Made by a program: the position numbers and the translations under genes. From Kiritimatiellia bacterium (GTDB lineage: Bacteria; Verrucomicrobiota; Kiritimatiellia; RFP12; JBMNHG01), in the NCBI GenBank assembly GCA_050950285.1, contig JBMNHG010000003.1:124001-188000 (forward strand): DNA of 64,000 bases, read 5' to 3'. Shown one piece after another: positions 10,993 to 20,740 of this stretch; the first letter of the stretch is position 1, and every line of letters starts with the position of its first letter. Under the pieces are notes generated by a model, which saw only the letters and a program-made list of their open reading frames with translations, was not told the DNA's origin and did no database searches.

Positions 10993-13900
10993 CTACTCTT
11001 CCCATCCGAAGAGGAGTTCGTTGGCCCAGTGCTCGGTCCAGTGGGGCTTGAACGACTCGTTTCGCTTGGAGATGGAGCGCATGCGGGCCAGTTCCATGCA
11101 GGTGCTTCCGGCGGCGTTGTCGTTCACGCGGTAGGTGAACTTGATGGGCCGCCCGGCGTCGCGCGCGGCCTTGGCCTCCGGGATCTCGGCCCAGGGGATG
11201 GCGGCCTCGACGATGCGTTCGCCGCCTTCGTGCCGGATCACGAGCTTGGCCTGTCCGGCGGCGTCTCCCACGGGCATCGCGCCTTCGCGCGGGTGGGGGA
11301 CGGAGTGGGGGTAGTAGTGCTTGTCCGGGAGGTAGGGGGCGCGGTTCCGCCAGATTTCCACGCCGCCGCCATAGGCTTCGGCCACGGGGTTGAGCGCGAA
11401 TTCGTAGTCGGTGTCCCAATATCCGGCGTAGCCCTTGAAGGTGCCGGGGGCGAAGGGATACCAGCGCTTCGCGTCGTCGGGGAGGACGTTGAAGGCGATC
11501 TGCACGTTGTCGAAGCCGAGGCCTTGCGGGAGCAGGGGCCGGCGACGGTAGGAGTAGCGGCGGACGCCTTCGGGCCAGACGCGTTCGATGCGGACGACGT
11601 GGTCCTTCCATGCGAAGCCATGGCCCCCGGCGCCGGCGGGGGTGAAGAGGGCGAGCGTCCCGTACTTCCCGTCGAAGGCGCCGCCGGTCCCGGTGTCGCA
11701 TGCGGGCTTGTCGAGGCCCTCTTCGGCGGGGTCGAGGGCGATGGCGGCGATCTTGGTCTTGAGCCAGTTGATGCGGGTGCCGATTTCGACCTCCACGGGG
11801 CCGGCGACGTTCACGGTGAACCAGGTGTCCGGCTCGGCGGAGTGGATTTCGCCGTAGGAGAGGGTCTTGGCGTCGGCGTCCCGGACGGTGACGGTGATCC
11901 AGCGGCGGACGAGGCCGTCGTCGTCGATGGAGCGGATGGCGAGGCGGGCGCCTTCGGGCGGGGCGTCGAGGTGGAACGACATCGTATCCACGAGCGGCTG
12001 CCAGACGGTGTCGTCGCCGTCGCCGGAGAACGGATGGGAGGAGGTGCCGGTGCGGGTGGCGACGGTGGTCTTGCGGTCGTATTCGTAGGCGACGGGGGGG
12101 TAGAAGTCGGCGTCCTCGTCGCGCTCGGAGAAGCGGATCATGCCGGGGTGCGGGGTGTCGTCCGCGATGCGCGCGGCGAAGTAGAAGAAGTCGTCGTCCG
12201 CCGCGACGTATCCTGCGGCGACGCCCTTTCCGGTGGCGTCCTCGTGCTGGATCATGGGGAGCCAGGCGCGTTCCATCTGGGTGGCGCCGTCGCCGCCGGC
12301 CTTTACGGGCTGGACGAGCGCGCCGTCCCAATCGGAGAGGTCGCCGTCCACGCTGATGGAGCGTTTCGCGATCACGTTGCAGTGGAGCGATTCTTCGAGG
12401 ACGGAGGTTCCGTCGGGGCCGGCGTCGAAGCGGAGGGTGACGGGGTAGGTGTTTTCGGCGTTGGCGGGTCCGGCGGCCTTCACGTCCACGACGGCGGTCG
12501 CGTGCGGGGCGAGTTCGACGTCGGGCTGGTAGGCGAGTTCGAGGCCCGGGCAGGAGAGGGAGAGCGTTCCGCGGAGGGGGCGGTTCAGCACGTTTTTGAG
12601 CACGGCCTGGAAGGTGGCGCCGCCGGGGAGGCCGGTGGTGGCGTCGCGCAGGGCGGGGGCGACGGGCGAGTAGCCGTCGATGCGGGCGGAAGCGAGGGCG
12701 TCGCGCAGGGCGGCGGCGGACCCGGCGCTTCCGTCGGGGCGCAGGTAGAAGCCGGTGTCGTCCAGCGGCACCCGGATGGTGTCCGCGCCGGGTTCGCCCA
12801 CGCGGTTGCCGTTCCCGTCGAAGAGCGAGAAGGCGGAGGCGTTCGCGAGCGTGAGGGTTCCGGCGAGCGTTTCGGCGCCGTTGGCGGGCTTGCAGGTGCG
12901 GAAGGGGACGAGGCCGGTGCGCCCGGCGCCGTCGAAGGCGGGGGAGATGTCGCCGGTGACGACGAAGGTCATGTCGTCCGGGTTTTCCGGATCGGCGAAC
13001 TCGTAGACCCACGGCAGGCCTTCCCAGGCGAGCTTCACGAAGGGGCGGTTGCCGACGAAGTGCTGGAAGGCGGCGAGGGCGGGGGCCACGGGCCAGGCGT
13101 TGAAGACGCGCTTCCGCACGGTCTTGCCGTCGGGCTGGACGACGTTGACCCAGTAGGTGGAGGCGACAACGGCGTGGGCCTGGATGCCGACGAGGCGGTC
13201 GTGTCCGGCGGCGAGCATGCCGGCGATCACGCCGGGCACGCGGTCTTCGGAGTTGGCGACCCAGCTTTCGGTGTCCCAGAACCGCGTGCGTCCGTTCTTG
13301 TGCTTCCGCTCGCGGAGGAAGCGCGGGTTCGAGGGGGCGAGCCCCTGGTAGTGGATGGAGACGAAGTCCAGCCACTTCAGGAAGGGGGAATCCGCCTCCT
13401 CGCCGGGGCCGACGTCCGGGAAGAGCTTGTCGAAGGTGTTGGCGGAGGAGTCGCAGCCGCCGAGGAGCACGTGGATGGAGGGATCTTCGGCCATCGCCTC
13501 CTCGGCGGCCTCGCACATGGCCCGGTAGATTTCGCGGTAGCGGAGGTCGTCCGCGCCCCATCCGGAGATGGACATGCCGTTCCAGGGCTCATTCCAGAGC
13601 AGGAGCGAATTCACGGGGCCTTTCGGGTAGCCGAACTCCTTCACGAGCCATTTCACGCGTTCCTTGAACTCGGCGTCGTAGGAGGGGAGCCAGGCGAAGT
13701 CGCTTTTGGTTTCGAGGAGGACGTCGTCTTCGTCGAGGTGCGGGCGCGTCCGTCCGGTCGGATGCGAGGGGCCGCGGTCCTGTCCTGCGCCCCACTGGAT
13801 GCTCACGGGGTAGCCGGTGGCGTGGATGGCGCGGAGTTGTCCGGCGAGCTGTTCGTAGCGGCGTTCGCACTCCTCCGGGGTGCGGAAGTCGTCGCGGACG

Positions 13901-14577
13901 AGGAAGGGCATGCCCATGCGGTTTGGCGCGGTATGGAGGCGCGTGATGGCCTGGGCGGCCTCGGGGAGGTCCATCAGGTCCATGCACACCTGGTAGGCTG
14001 GCAGGCCGGGGGCGAGGTCGGGCTCGACGATGCGCGCGACGGCGGCCAGGAGCAGGCGGCGGGCCTCGCCGCCTTCGGGCTCGAAGAGCACGGCGGCGGC
14101 GCCGAAGGTTTCGGGGAGGGGCGGGACGACGTCGGCGAACTCCGCGCCTTTGGGGGCGATTTCAAGTGCGACGGGCTCGCCGAAGGCCTCCTCCCCGTAC
14201 TTGACGAGGGAGAGGTCGAAGACGTCCTTCCCGGTGCGCAGGCCGTGGCGGACCAGGATCCAGCGGCCCTTCACGGCGAGAGGCTCGCCGGTGAGGTTGC
14301 GGAATTGCGCGCGGATCCGGAGGGTTTCGCCCGGATAGGCCATGTTGCAGTCGCAGGAGGTCTCGACGGGCGAGAGCTCGAGTTCGCCGTTGGACTGGTA
14401 GGAGCGCGCGAAGTCCTTCGGGTCCACGCCCCAGCAGGCGGGGTAGGCGTCGCGGCCCGGCTTGCCGCCCGCGGCGGACGGCAGCACGCCGCCGAAGGCG
14501 GACGGGGCGGCGAGGGCGAGGGCGAGGCCGGCGGCGAGGGCGCGCGCGGCACGGGGGTTGCGGTTCGACGGGCGCAT
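10993..14577 (-). CDS. Large secreted protein with clan GH-A-like catalytic region and CBM9/DOMON-like domains
   Basis: RBS AAGGAGG and a signal peptide (ALAAGLALALAAPSAFG). WNEP and WDTESW motifs, plus SVDGDLSDW...FYFAARIADD and VEAAIPW CBM9-like motifs. Confidence 0.65.
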   Translation of the reverse strand: MRPSNRNPRAARALAAGLALALAAPSAFGGVLPSAAGGKPGRDAYPACWGVDPKDFARSYQSNGELELSPVETSCDCNMAYPGETLRIRAQFRNLTGEPLAVKGRWILVRHGLRTGKDVFDLSLVKYGEEAFGEPVALEIAPKGAEFADVVPPLPETFGAAAVLFEPEGGEARRLLLAAVARIVEPDLAPGLPAYQVCMDLMDLPEAAQAITRLHTAPNRMGMPFLVRDDFRTPEECERRYEQLAGQLRAIHATGYPVSIQWGAGQDRGPSHPTGRTRPHLDEDDVLLETKSDFAWLPSYDAEFKERVKWLVKEFGYPKGPVNSLLLWNEPWNGMSISGWGADDLRYREIYRAMCEAAEEAMAEDPSIHVLLGGCDSSANTFDKLFPDVGPGEEADSPFLKWLDFVSIHYQGLAPSNPRFLRERKHKNGRTRFWDTESWVANSEDRVPGVIAGMLAAGHDRLVGIQAHAVVASTYWVNVVQPDGKTVRKRVFNAWPVAPALAAFQHFVGNRPFVKLAWEGLPWVYEFADPENPDDMTFVVTGDISPAFDGAGRTGLVPFRTCKPANGAETLAGTLTLANASAFSLFDGNGNRVGEPGADTIRVPLDDTGFYLRPDGSAGSAAALRDALASARIDGYSPVAPALRDATTGLPGGATFQAVLKNVLNRPLRGTLSLSCPGLELAYQPDVELAPHATAVVDVKAAGPANAENTYPVTLRFDAGPDGTSVLEESLHCNVIAKRSISVDGDLSDWDGALVQPVKAGGDGATQMERAWLPMIQHEDATGKGVAAGYVAADDDFFYFAARIADDTPHPGMIRFSERDEDADFYPPVAYEYDRKTTVATRTGTSSHPFSGDGDDTVWQPLVDTMSFHLDAPPEGARLAIRSIDDDGLVRRWITVTVRDADAKTLSYGEIHSAEPDTWFTVNVAGPVEVEIGTRINWLKTKIAAIALDPAEEGLDKPACDTGTGGAFDGKYGTLALFTPAGAGGHGFAWKDHVVRIERVWPEGVRRYSYRRRPLLPQGLGFDNVQIAFNVLPDDAKRWYPFAPGTFKGYAGYWDTDYEFALNPVAEAYGGGVEIWRNRAPYLPDKHYYPHSVPHPREGAMPVGDAAGQAKLVIRHEGGERIVEAAIPWAEIPEAKAARDAGRPIKFTYRVNDNAAGSTCMELARMRSISKRNESFKPHWTEHWANELLFGWEE

Positions 14578-14651
14578 GGGATCCTCCTTTTCGGGATGGC
14601 ACGGGAAGTCGGGACGGGACGGAGCAAGAGCCGTTCCAAAACGGTTGCGGG

Positions 14652-15704
14652 CTACGCGCGGGGGTGGGCGCGGTCGTAGGCCTCCTTCAGGCGTTCGACG
14701 GTGAGGTGCGTGTAGATCTGCGTCGTGGCGAGGTTGGCGTGGCCGAGCATCTCCTGGACGCTTCGGAGGTCGGCGCCGGCGTCGAGGAGGTGGGTTGCGA
14801 ACGAGTGCCGCAGCTGGTGGGGGGAGAAGTCCGGGGGGAGGCCCGCCGCGGCCAGCCAGCGTTTCATCGCGCGTTCGACGGAGCGGGGCGAAAGCGGCCC
14901 GCCGCGCAGGTTGCGGAAGACGGGCTCGTCGGGGGCGGCGGTTCGCGGCCAGAGGCGCGCGGAGAGTTCCAGCGCCTTGCGGAGCGCGTCGCGGGCGGGG
15001 GCGCCCAGCACGCAGACGCGCTCCTTGCGCCCCTTGCCGCGGACCCGGACGAGGCCGGTTTGGAGGTCGATGCGCGAGCGGACGAGCCCCATGGCCTCGG
15101 AGATGCGGGCGCCGGTGCTGTAGAGCGTCTCGAGGATGGCGGTGTCGCGCAGGGCGGCGTAGAGGGGGAGGGGGTCGTCCGCCGCCGCGTCCGCATCGCC
15201 GGGGGGCGGTTCCGCGGCCTGCCGCTCCCGCCAGGCGGCCATCGGGGCGGCGAGGAGGGCCGCCACCTGTTCGAGCGTGAGGACGTTCGGGAGGGGGCGC
15301 TGGAGGCGTGGGCCGCGGAGGCCTTCGAAGGGCGAGGACGCCACGAAGCCGTCGCGCGCGAGGAAGTCGTAGAACGATCGGAGCGAGGAGAGTTTGCGGC
15401 GCGTGGTGGCGGGCGCGCATCCCGCCTTCTGGAGCGCGACGAGGAAGGCGCGCGCGGCGTAGCGGTCGGGGTCCGACCAATCGAAGGGGGGCGGGAAGCC
15501 GTTCCACAGGTGTCCGGCGAACTGCGCGATGTCGCGGAAGTAGGCGCGGGAGGTGTGGCCGGAGGCCTGCCGCTCGCCGGCGAGGCAGCGCAGGAAGGCC
15601 CTCACGGCGGGGTCGTCGCCGGCGAGGGGGTGGAGGGGGGGCGGCGCCACGTCCTCCGGCGCGGGGAGCCGGACCTCCCGGCAGATCTCCGGATCGCCGT
15701 CCAT
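14652..15704 (-). CDS. xerC: XerC/XerD-family tyrosine recombinase
   Basis: LRDTAILETLYSTGARISE, VRGKGRKER, SPHQLRHSFATHLL and QEMLGHANLATTQIYTH; ends YDRAHPRA. Confidence 0.88.
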   Translation of the reverse strand: MDGDPEICREVRLPAPEDVAPPPLHPLAGDDPAVRAFLRCLAGERQASGHTSRAYFRDIAQFAGHLWNGFPPPFDWSDPDRYAARAFLVALQKAGCAPATTRRKLSSLRSFYDFLARDGFVASSPFEGLRGPRLQRPLPNVLTLEQVAALLAAPMAAWRERQAAEPPPGDADAAADDPLPLYAALRDTAILETLYSTGARISEAMGLVRSRIDLQTGLVRVRGKGRKERVCVLGAPARDALRKALELSARLWPRTAAPDEPVFRNLRGGPLSPRSVERAMKRWLAAAGLPPDFSPHQLRHSFATHLLDAGADLRSVQEMLGHANLATTQIYTHLTVERLKEAYDRAHPRA

Positions 15705-15708
15705 GGGG

Positions 15709-16260
15709 CTATTCGTCCAGGAGGGCGGCGAGGATGGCGACGATCTCGGCGGGCTCGGCCATGCGTCCGCGGCCTTCGCGGCCGCAGGCGAGGTCGCCGC
15801 GGCCGGGGGCGACGATGCGCGCGCCGCGCTCCTCGAGGGTGCGGAGGTTCGCCTGCGTGGCGGGATGGTCGAACATGATGTCGTTCATCGCGGGCGCGAT
15901 GACGAGGGGCGCAGGGCAGGCGAGCGCGGTGGAGGAAAGGAGGTCGTCGGCGAGGCCGAGGGCGAGTTTGGCGATGATGTTCGCGGTGGCCGGGGCGATG
16001 ACCAGCGCGTCGGCGCGGTCGGCGAGCGAGACGTGGGCGGGCTTCCACTCCGCGGGCGGCGCGAAGGGGTCGGTCGCCACGGGGTTGCGCGAAAGGGTCT
16101 GGAAGGTGAGGGGGGCGACGAACTCCGTGGCGGCGCGGGTCATCACCACATGCACCGTCCAGCCTTCGCGGATGAAGAGCCGGGTGAGTTCGGCGGCCTT
16201 GTAGGCGGCGATCGAGCCGGTCACGCCCAAGACGATTTCGGTGGGACCCGTTGCGTCCAT
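15709..16260 (-). CDS. coaC: Phosphopantothenoylcysteine decarboxylase (stand-alone CoaC flavoprotein domain)
   Basis: LGVTGSIAAYKA, IAPATANIIAKLALGLADD, APAMN and LACGREGRGRM motifs; no CoaB domain. Confidence 0.88.
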   Translation of the reverse strand: MDATGPTEIVLGVTGSIAAYKAAELTRLFIREGWTVHVVMTRAATEFVAPLTFQTLSRNPVATDPFAPPAEWKPAHVSLADRADALVIAPATANIIAKLALGLADDLLSSTALACPAPLVIAPAMNDIMFDHPATQANLRTLEERGARIVAPGRGDLACGREGRGRMAEPAEIVAILAALLDE

Positions 16261-16311
16261 GGTGATGCCTCCTGGGGGATGGTGGTCCGTGGCGGTGCGA
16301 AGCGGGGGCCC

Positions 16312-17952
16312 TCAGGGCACGAGGCCGGTCTGCTGGGCAACGATGCTGGCGGCGCCGTACATCGTGCGGAGCTTGGGCTTTTCGATCTTGCCGGTGGGGT
16401 TGCGGGGGACGGGCGCGAAGATGATCTTTCGCGGGCGCTTGTAGCGCGGGAGGTCGAGGCAGAAGCGGTTCACCTCGTCCTCGGCGAGTTCCATGCCGGG
16501 CTTGGTTTCGATGATGGCGGCGGCGATTTCTCCGAGGCGGGTGTCGGGGAGGCCGATGACGGCCACATCCTTGATCTTCGGATGGGCGCGGAGGAAGTCC
16601 TCGATCTGTACGGGGTAGAGGTTTTCGCCTCCGGTGATGATCACGTCCTTGGCGCGATCCACGAGGTAGATGAAGCCGTCGCGCAACTCGGCCATGTCGC
16701 CGGTGAGGAGCCAGCCGTCGGGCTTGAGGATTTCGGCGGTGGCCTCGGGGTTCTTGTAGTAGCACTTCATCACGCCGGGGCCCTTGAGGGCGAGTTCGCC
16801 GACCTCGCCGGGGTCGGTCTCGGAGCCGTCCTTGCGGACGATTTTCGCCTGCCACCCGAAGCCGGGCACGCCGATGGCGCCGACGTGGCCGATGTTCTCG
16901 ATGCCGAGGTGGACGGCGCCCGGGCCGGTGGATTCGGAGAGCCCGTAGTTGGTGTCGTAGTCGTGGCGGGGGAAGACGCCCTTCCAGCGCCGGACGAGGG
17001 CGGGGGGGACGGGCTGGGCGCCGATGTGCATGAGGCGCCACTGGTCGAGCTGGTAGTCGGACAGCTTCACGTCGCCGCTTTCGATGGCGTCCAGGACGTC
17101 CTGGGCCCACGGCACGAGCAGCCACACGATGGTGCACTGCTCCTCGCTCACGGCGCGGAGGATCCATTCCGGCTTCACGCCCTTCAGCAGGACGGCCTTG
17201 CCTCCCACGAGGAACGAGCCGAACCAGTGCATCTTCGCGCCGGTGTGGTAGAGCGGGGGGATGCAGAGGAAGCAGTCGTCCTTCGTCTGCCCGTGGTGGG
17301 CCTGCTCGACGCGGCAGGAGTGCATGAGGCAGGAGTGCCGGAGGACGATGGCCTTGGGGAAGCCGGTCGTGCCGGAGGAGAAGTAGATGGCGGCTTCGTC
17401 GTCGTCCTCGATCGGGATGACCGGCGCCTTGGAGGAGCAATAGGTGGTGAGCGCGCGGTAGGGGACGGCGAAGGTGGGGCAGTCGTCGCCCACGTAGAAG
17501 CGGGACTTCACGTGGGGCACGCGGTCGATGATCTGCTCCACGCGGCCGATGAACTCGGGGCCGAAGACGAGGGCCACGGCGTCGGAGAGTTCGAGGCAGT
17601 ACTTGATCTCGTCGGCGGTGTAGCGGAAGTTCAGCGGAACGGCCAGGCAGCCCGCCTTGAGAATGCCGAAGTAGATGGGCAGCCACTCCAGGCAGTTCAT
17701 CAGGAGGATGGCGACCTTGTCGCCCTTCTTGTAGCCTTGGGCAAGGAGGAGGTTCGCGAAGCAGTTGGCCTTCTTGTCGAACGTGGCCCAGGTGAGTTCG
17801 CTTCGGAAGGCGTTCAGGGAGGACGGCTCGATGAGGGCGGCCTCCCGCCACGTGGTGCGGCGGGCGTCGAGCTGCTGCGGGTTGATTTCGACGAGGGCGA
17901 CGTCGTTGGGCCATTCGCTTGCGTTGCGTTCCAGCACTTTGGTGATTTGCAT
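16312..17952 (-). CDS. Class I adenylate-forming enzyme (acyl-CoA synthetase)
   Basis: YFSSGTTGFPKA, YGLSE, GWLLTGD, DRAKDVIITGGENLYP and PRNPTGKI motifs. Confidence 0.92.
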   Translation of the reverse strand: MQITKVLERNASEWPNDVALVEINPQQLDARRTTWREAALIEPSSLNAFRSELTWATFDKKANCFANLLLAQGYKKGDKVAILLMNCLEWLPIYFGILKAGCLAVPLNFRYTADEIKYCLELSDAVALVFGPEFIGRVEQIIDRVPHVKSRFYVGDDCPTFAVPYRALTTYCSSKAPVIPIEDDDEAAIYFSSGTTGFPKAIVLRHSCLMHSCRVEQAHHGQTKDDCFLCIPPLYHTGAKMHWFGSFLVGGKAVLLKGVKPEWILRAVSEEQCTIVWLLVPWAQDVLDAIESGDVKLSDYQLDQWRLMHIGAQPVPPALVRRWKGVFPRHDYDTNYGLSESTGPGAVHLGIENIGHVGAIGVPGFGWQAKIVRKDGSETDPGEVGELALKGPGVMKCYYKNPEATAEILKPDGWLLTGDMAELRDGFIYLVDRAKDVIITGGENLYPVQIEDFLRAHPKIKDVAVIGLPDTRLGEIAAAIIETKPGMELAEDEVNRFCLDLPRYKRPRKIIFAPVPRNPTGKIEKPKLRTMYGAASIVAQQTGLVP

Positions 17953-18047
17953 GATGGTGCATCATACGCCATCGGAAGGGACTCCGCGAGCGCAAATTGT
18001 CGCCGCGAATCTTGCGGGGAAGCGGGGGGATCGGGTATGGTTGGGGC

Positions 18048-19550
18048 ATGCTGTACGCCATCGTCTCCGACCTTCACGCCAACCTGGCCGCCTGGAAAGC
18101 CGTGCTTTCCGACCTGGCCGCCTGCAGGGCCGGGAAGATCCTCTGTCTCGGGGACGTGGTGGGCTACGGCCCGCAGCCCGCGGAGGTGCTGGAGTCGGCC
18201 TATCGCCACGTGGACGCCTTCGTGATGGGCAACCACGATGCGGCGGTCGCGGGGAAGATGTCGCCCGACAGCTTCAACGACGTCGCCCGCCCGATGGTGG
18301 ACTGGAGCGCCTCGCGCCTCAACCCGCGCGGGCGCGAGTTCCTCGGCGGCAATCCGCTTACCCTCTCCGGGCCCGGATTCCTCTGCGCCCACGGCTCGCC
18401 CGACCAGCCGCAGGCCTTCCCCTACGTGCTGACGGGCGACGAGGCCTCCCGCGCCTGGGCCGCCACCGACGTCCCGCTCGTTTTCGTGGGCCACCTCCAC
18501 ATCCCCGGCATCTGCGTGCTCGGGAAAAGCGGCACGCCGCATTTCCTCCCCGCGCAGGACTTCGTGGTGGAGGCGGGCAAGCGCTACATCGTGAACGCCG
18601 GTTCGGCGGGCGACCCGCGGGACGGCGACCCGCGCGCCTCGTATTGCCTGTACGACGACGCCACCCGGACGGTCTCCTTCCGCCGTGTCTCGTTCGACTA
18701 CGGGGCCGTGCGCGACGCCGCCCTCCGCGCGGGGCTCGATCCGGCGTCGATCCCCATGCTCCGCCGGGATCCCGTCCCCACGCGCGAGACGGTCCGCGAA
18801 GCGCTTGGCTTCGCGCCCCCCACGGACGAAACCTCCATGGCGCGGGGCGTGACGCTCGCGGCCGACCTCGGGTCCCTCCACCGCGCGAACCGCCGCCTCC
18901 GCGCGACGAGCTTCGTCCTCGCCGCCGCCTTCGTCCTCGCCGCCGCAGGCGCCGTCTCCGCCTTCCGCCGCGTCCGGACGTCCCGTGGCGCCGCCTTCCC
19001 GAACGAGCCGCTCCCGCCGCGCGAAGCGGTGGTCGCCGCGAACCTGCCGGCCAACCTCCTCCCCGCCTTCCCCGACCCTCCCCTCGCCCCGGACGGCACG
19101 CTGCGCGGCTGGCGATACCGCCTCGAAACCCCCGCCCGGCAACAGGTGGAACTGCTGGGCGAAGTGGCCGGAAGGGGTCCGGCGCTCCGCATCGTGCACG
19201 CCTCGCGGAACGTCTTCGAACTCCAGGCGCCCGATTGGCTCGTGGACGGGCTGGCCGCGGGGAAACGCGTCCAAGCCGTGGCCTACGCCCGCCACCCCGA
19301 AGCCTTCTCCGGAACCGCGGTCCTCACCGTCGTCGCGGCGGACGCGGAAAACCACGAAAAAACGCTCCTGTCCGTTCCCTTGCGCCTGGCCGAATCCGAC
19401 ACCTGGCTGAGGAAAAGCAAGCAGATGGACAAAAAAGAGGCGCGCATCCCGGCGGACACCGTCCGCCTTTCCTACCGCCTGACGGCCGACTTCCAGGGCG
19501 AGCTGCTGCTGGCCGACCTGCAGCTCCTGCTTTCCGGCGACGACGAATGA
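18048..19550 (+). CDS. Metallophosphoesterase fused to a TM helix and C-terminal domain
   Basis: SDLHAN, GDVVGYG, GNHD, HGSP, GHLH and NAGSAGDPRDGDPRASY, followed by hydrophobic FVLAAAFVLAAAGAV and ~200 further aa. Confidence 0.8.
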   Translation: MLYAIVSDLHANLAAWKAVLSDLAACRAGKILCLGDVVGYGPQPAEVLESAYRHVDAFVMGNHDAAVAGKMSPDSFNDVARPMVDWSASRLNPRGREFLGGNPLTLSGPGFLCAHGSPDQPQAFPYVLTGDEASRAWAATDVPLVFVGHLHIPGICVLGKSGTPHFLPAQDFVVEAGKRYIVNAGSAGDPRDGDPRASYCLYDDATRTVSFRRVSFDYGAVRDAALRAGLDPASIPMLRRDPVPTRETVREALGFAPPTDETSMARGVTLAADLGSLHRANRRLRATSFVLAAAFVLAAAGAVSAFRRVRTSRGAAFPNEPLPPREAVVAANLPANLLPAFPDPPLAPDGTLRGWRYRLETPARQQVELLGEVAGRGPALRIVHASRNVFELQAPDWLVDGLAAGKRVQAVAYARHPEAFSGTAVLTVVAADAENHEKTLLSVPLRLAESDTWLRKSKQMDKKEARIPADTVRLSYRLTADFQGELLLADLQLLLSGDDE

Positions 19551-19615
19551 GCCGGAAGGCCGCCGCCGGCGGCGCGCCGCGATCCTACGGGGATACGCCG
19601 GCGGCGGGCGCCGGG

Positions 19616-19692
19616 TGGTGGGCCCAGCTGGACTTGAACCAGCAACCCGAAGATTATGAGTCTTCTGCTCTGACCGGTTGAGCTATGGGCCC
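19616..19692 (-). tRNA. tRNA-Ile2 (anticodon CAT, lysidine-modified)
   Basis: Minus strand reads GGGCCCATAGCTCAACCGGTCAGAGCAGAAGACTCATAATCTTCGGGTTGCTGGTTCAAGTCCAGCTGGGCCCACCA. Cloverleaf with encoded CCA; the CTCATAA loop and stems resemble Ile2 rather than fMet. Confidence 0.9.
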
Positions 19693-19814
19693 CACGTGTT
19701 TCGACACCATACCCAAAGCATGGGCGGCAGGCAAACCTTTCCGGCGGCATGCCGCTCCGGCGCGCCGGAATCGGGGGACTGCACAGGCGGCTCGTTCGAT
19801 GGTAGAATACCCGC

Positions 19815-20627
19815 ATGAAATCGCCCAAGGAATGTTCCCTGGAACGCAAGATCATCCGCTTCCTGAAGAAGCTCCCCGTAGCGGAGGCCCTGGCGGGCAG
19901 GCTGTTCGCCGATCCCGAACTGCAGGCGCAGCAGGAGTACGCGAACACCGTCTCCATCCGGCGCCTCGGCTTCAACGACCATGGACCCGTCCACATGCGC
20001 AAGGTGGCCTTCAACGCCCTCCAGATGCTCTCGCTCCTGCATGACGCCGGCATACCGACCTCCCTGGAGCAAGACGAGGCGGGAAGCTACGAGGACAGCG
20101 CCTGCGCCGTGCTCCTCGCCGCCATGCTCCACGACATCGGCATGAGCATCGGGCGCCATGACCACGAGCACCTCTCCTGCCTGCTCGGCGCGCCGTTCAT
20201 CGACCGCTCCCTCGCCGACGTCCTTCCGGGGGACGAGACCCTGGCGCGCCGCGTGGCCATCCGCTCCATCGCCCTCGAGGGGATCGTGGGACACATGACG
20301 ACGATCCGCATCCACTCCCTCGAGGCCGGAATCATCCTCGTGGGCGACGGATGCGACATGGAGAAGGGCCGCGCCCGCATCACGATGGCCGTCTCGTCCG
20401 GCTCGCACATGGGCGACATCCACATGCATTCCGCCAATTCCATCCAACGCGTCTCCATCGGCCCGGGCGAGAAACTCCCCATACGCATCGACGTGGAGAT
20501 GGACGAAGTCGCGGGCCTCTTCCAGGTCGAAGAAATCCTGATGCGGAAAATCGACATCTCCCCCGCCAAACCCTACATCGAACTGACCGCCGGCCTCCCG
20601 GGCCAGCCCCGAAGCCACTACCTTTGA
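19815..20627 (+). CDS. HD-domain phosphohydrolase
   Basis: RLGFNDHGPVH, LHDIG, HDH and DGCDMEKGRAR motifs. Confidence 0.85.
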   Translation: MKSPKECSLERKIIRFLKKLPVAEALAGRLFADPELQAQQEYANTVSIRRLGFNDHGPVHMRKVAFNALQMLSLLHDAGIPTSLEQDEAGSYEDSACAVLLAAMLHDIGMSIGRHDHEHLSCLLGAPFIDRSLADVLPGDETLARRVAIRSIALEGIVGHMTTIRIHSLEAGIILVGDGCDMEKGRARITMAVSSGSHMGDIHMHSANSIQRVSIGPGEKLPIRIDVEMDEVAGLFQVEEILMRKIDISPAKPYIELTAGLPGQPRSHYL

Positions 20628-20740
20628 AGCCGGGGACGGCGCACTCCCCGCGGCGGGCCGTTCCAGGCCCCGGCGGGTTTGGGGTCGGACGATCGGCAGG
20701 CCTCTGAACTTTTTCCCCGCTTCCGCCGTTTATTTCCTTG

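Noticed and set aside
14652..15704. Tyrosine recombinase as a prophage or island integrase
   Set aside because: It has XerC/D signatures including the HPRA end and sits among housekeeping genes; no att repeats or phage genes are visible.
19616..19692. CAT tRNA as initiator or elongator Met, or as an integration site
   Set aside because: It has a paired 1:72 position and lacks the three G-C anticodon-stem pairs of fMet, and it resembles Ile2. No duplicated tRNA 3' end was seen in the window.
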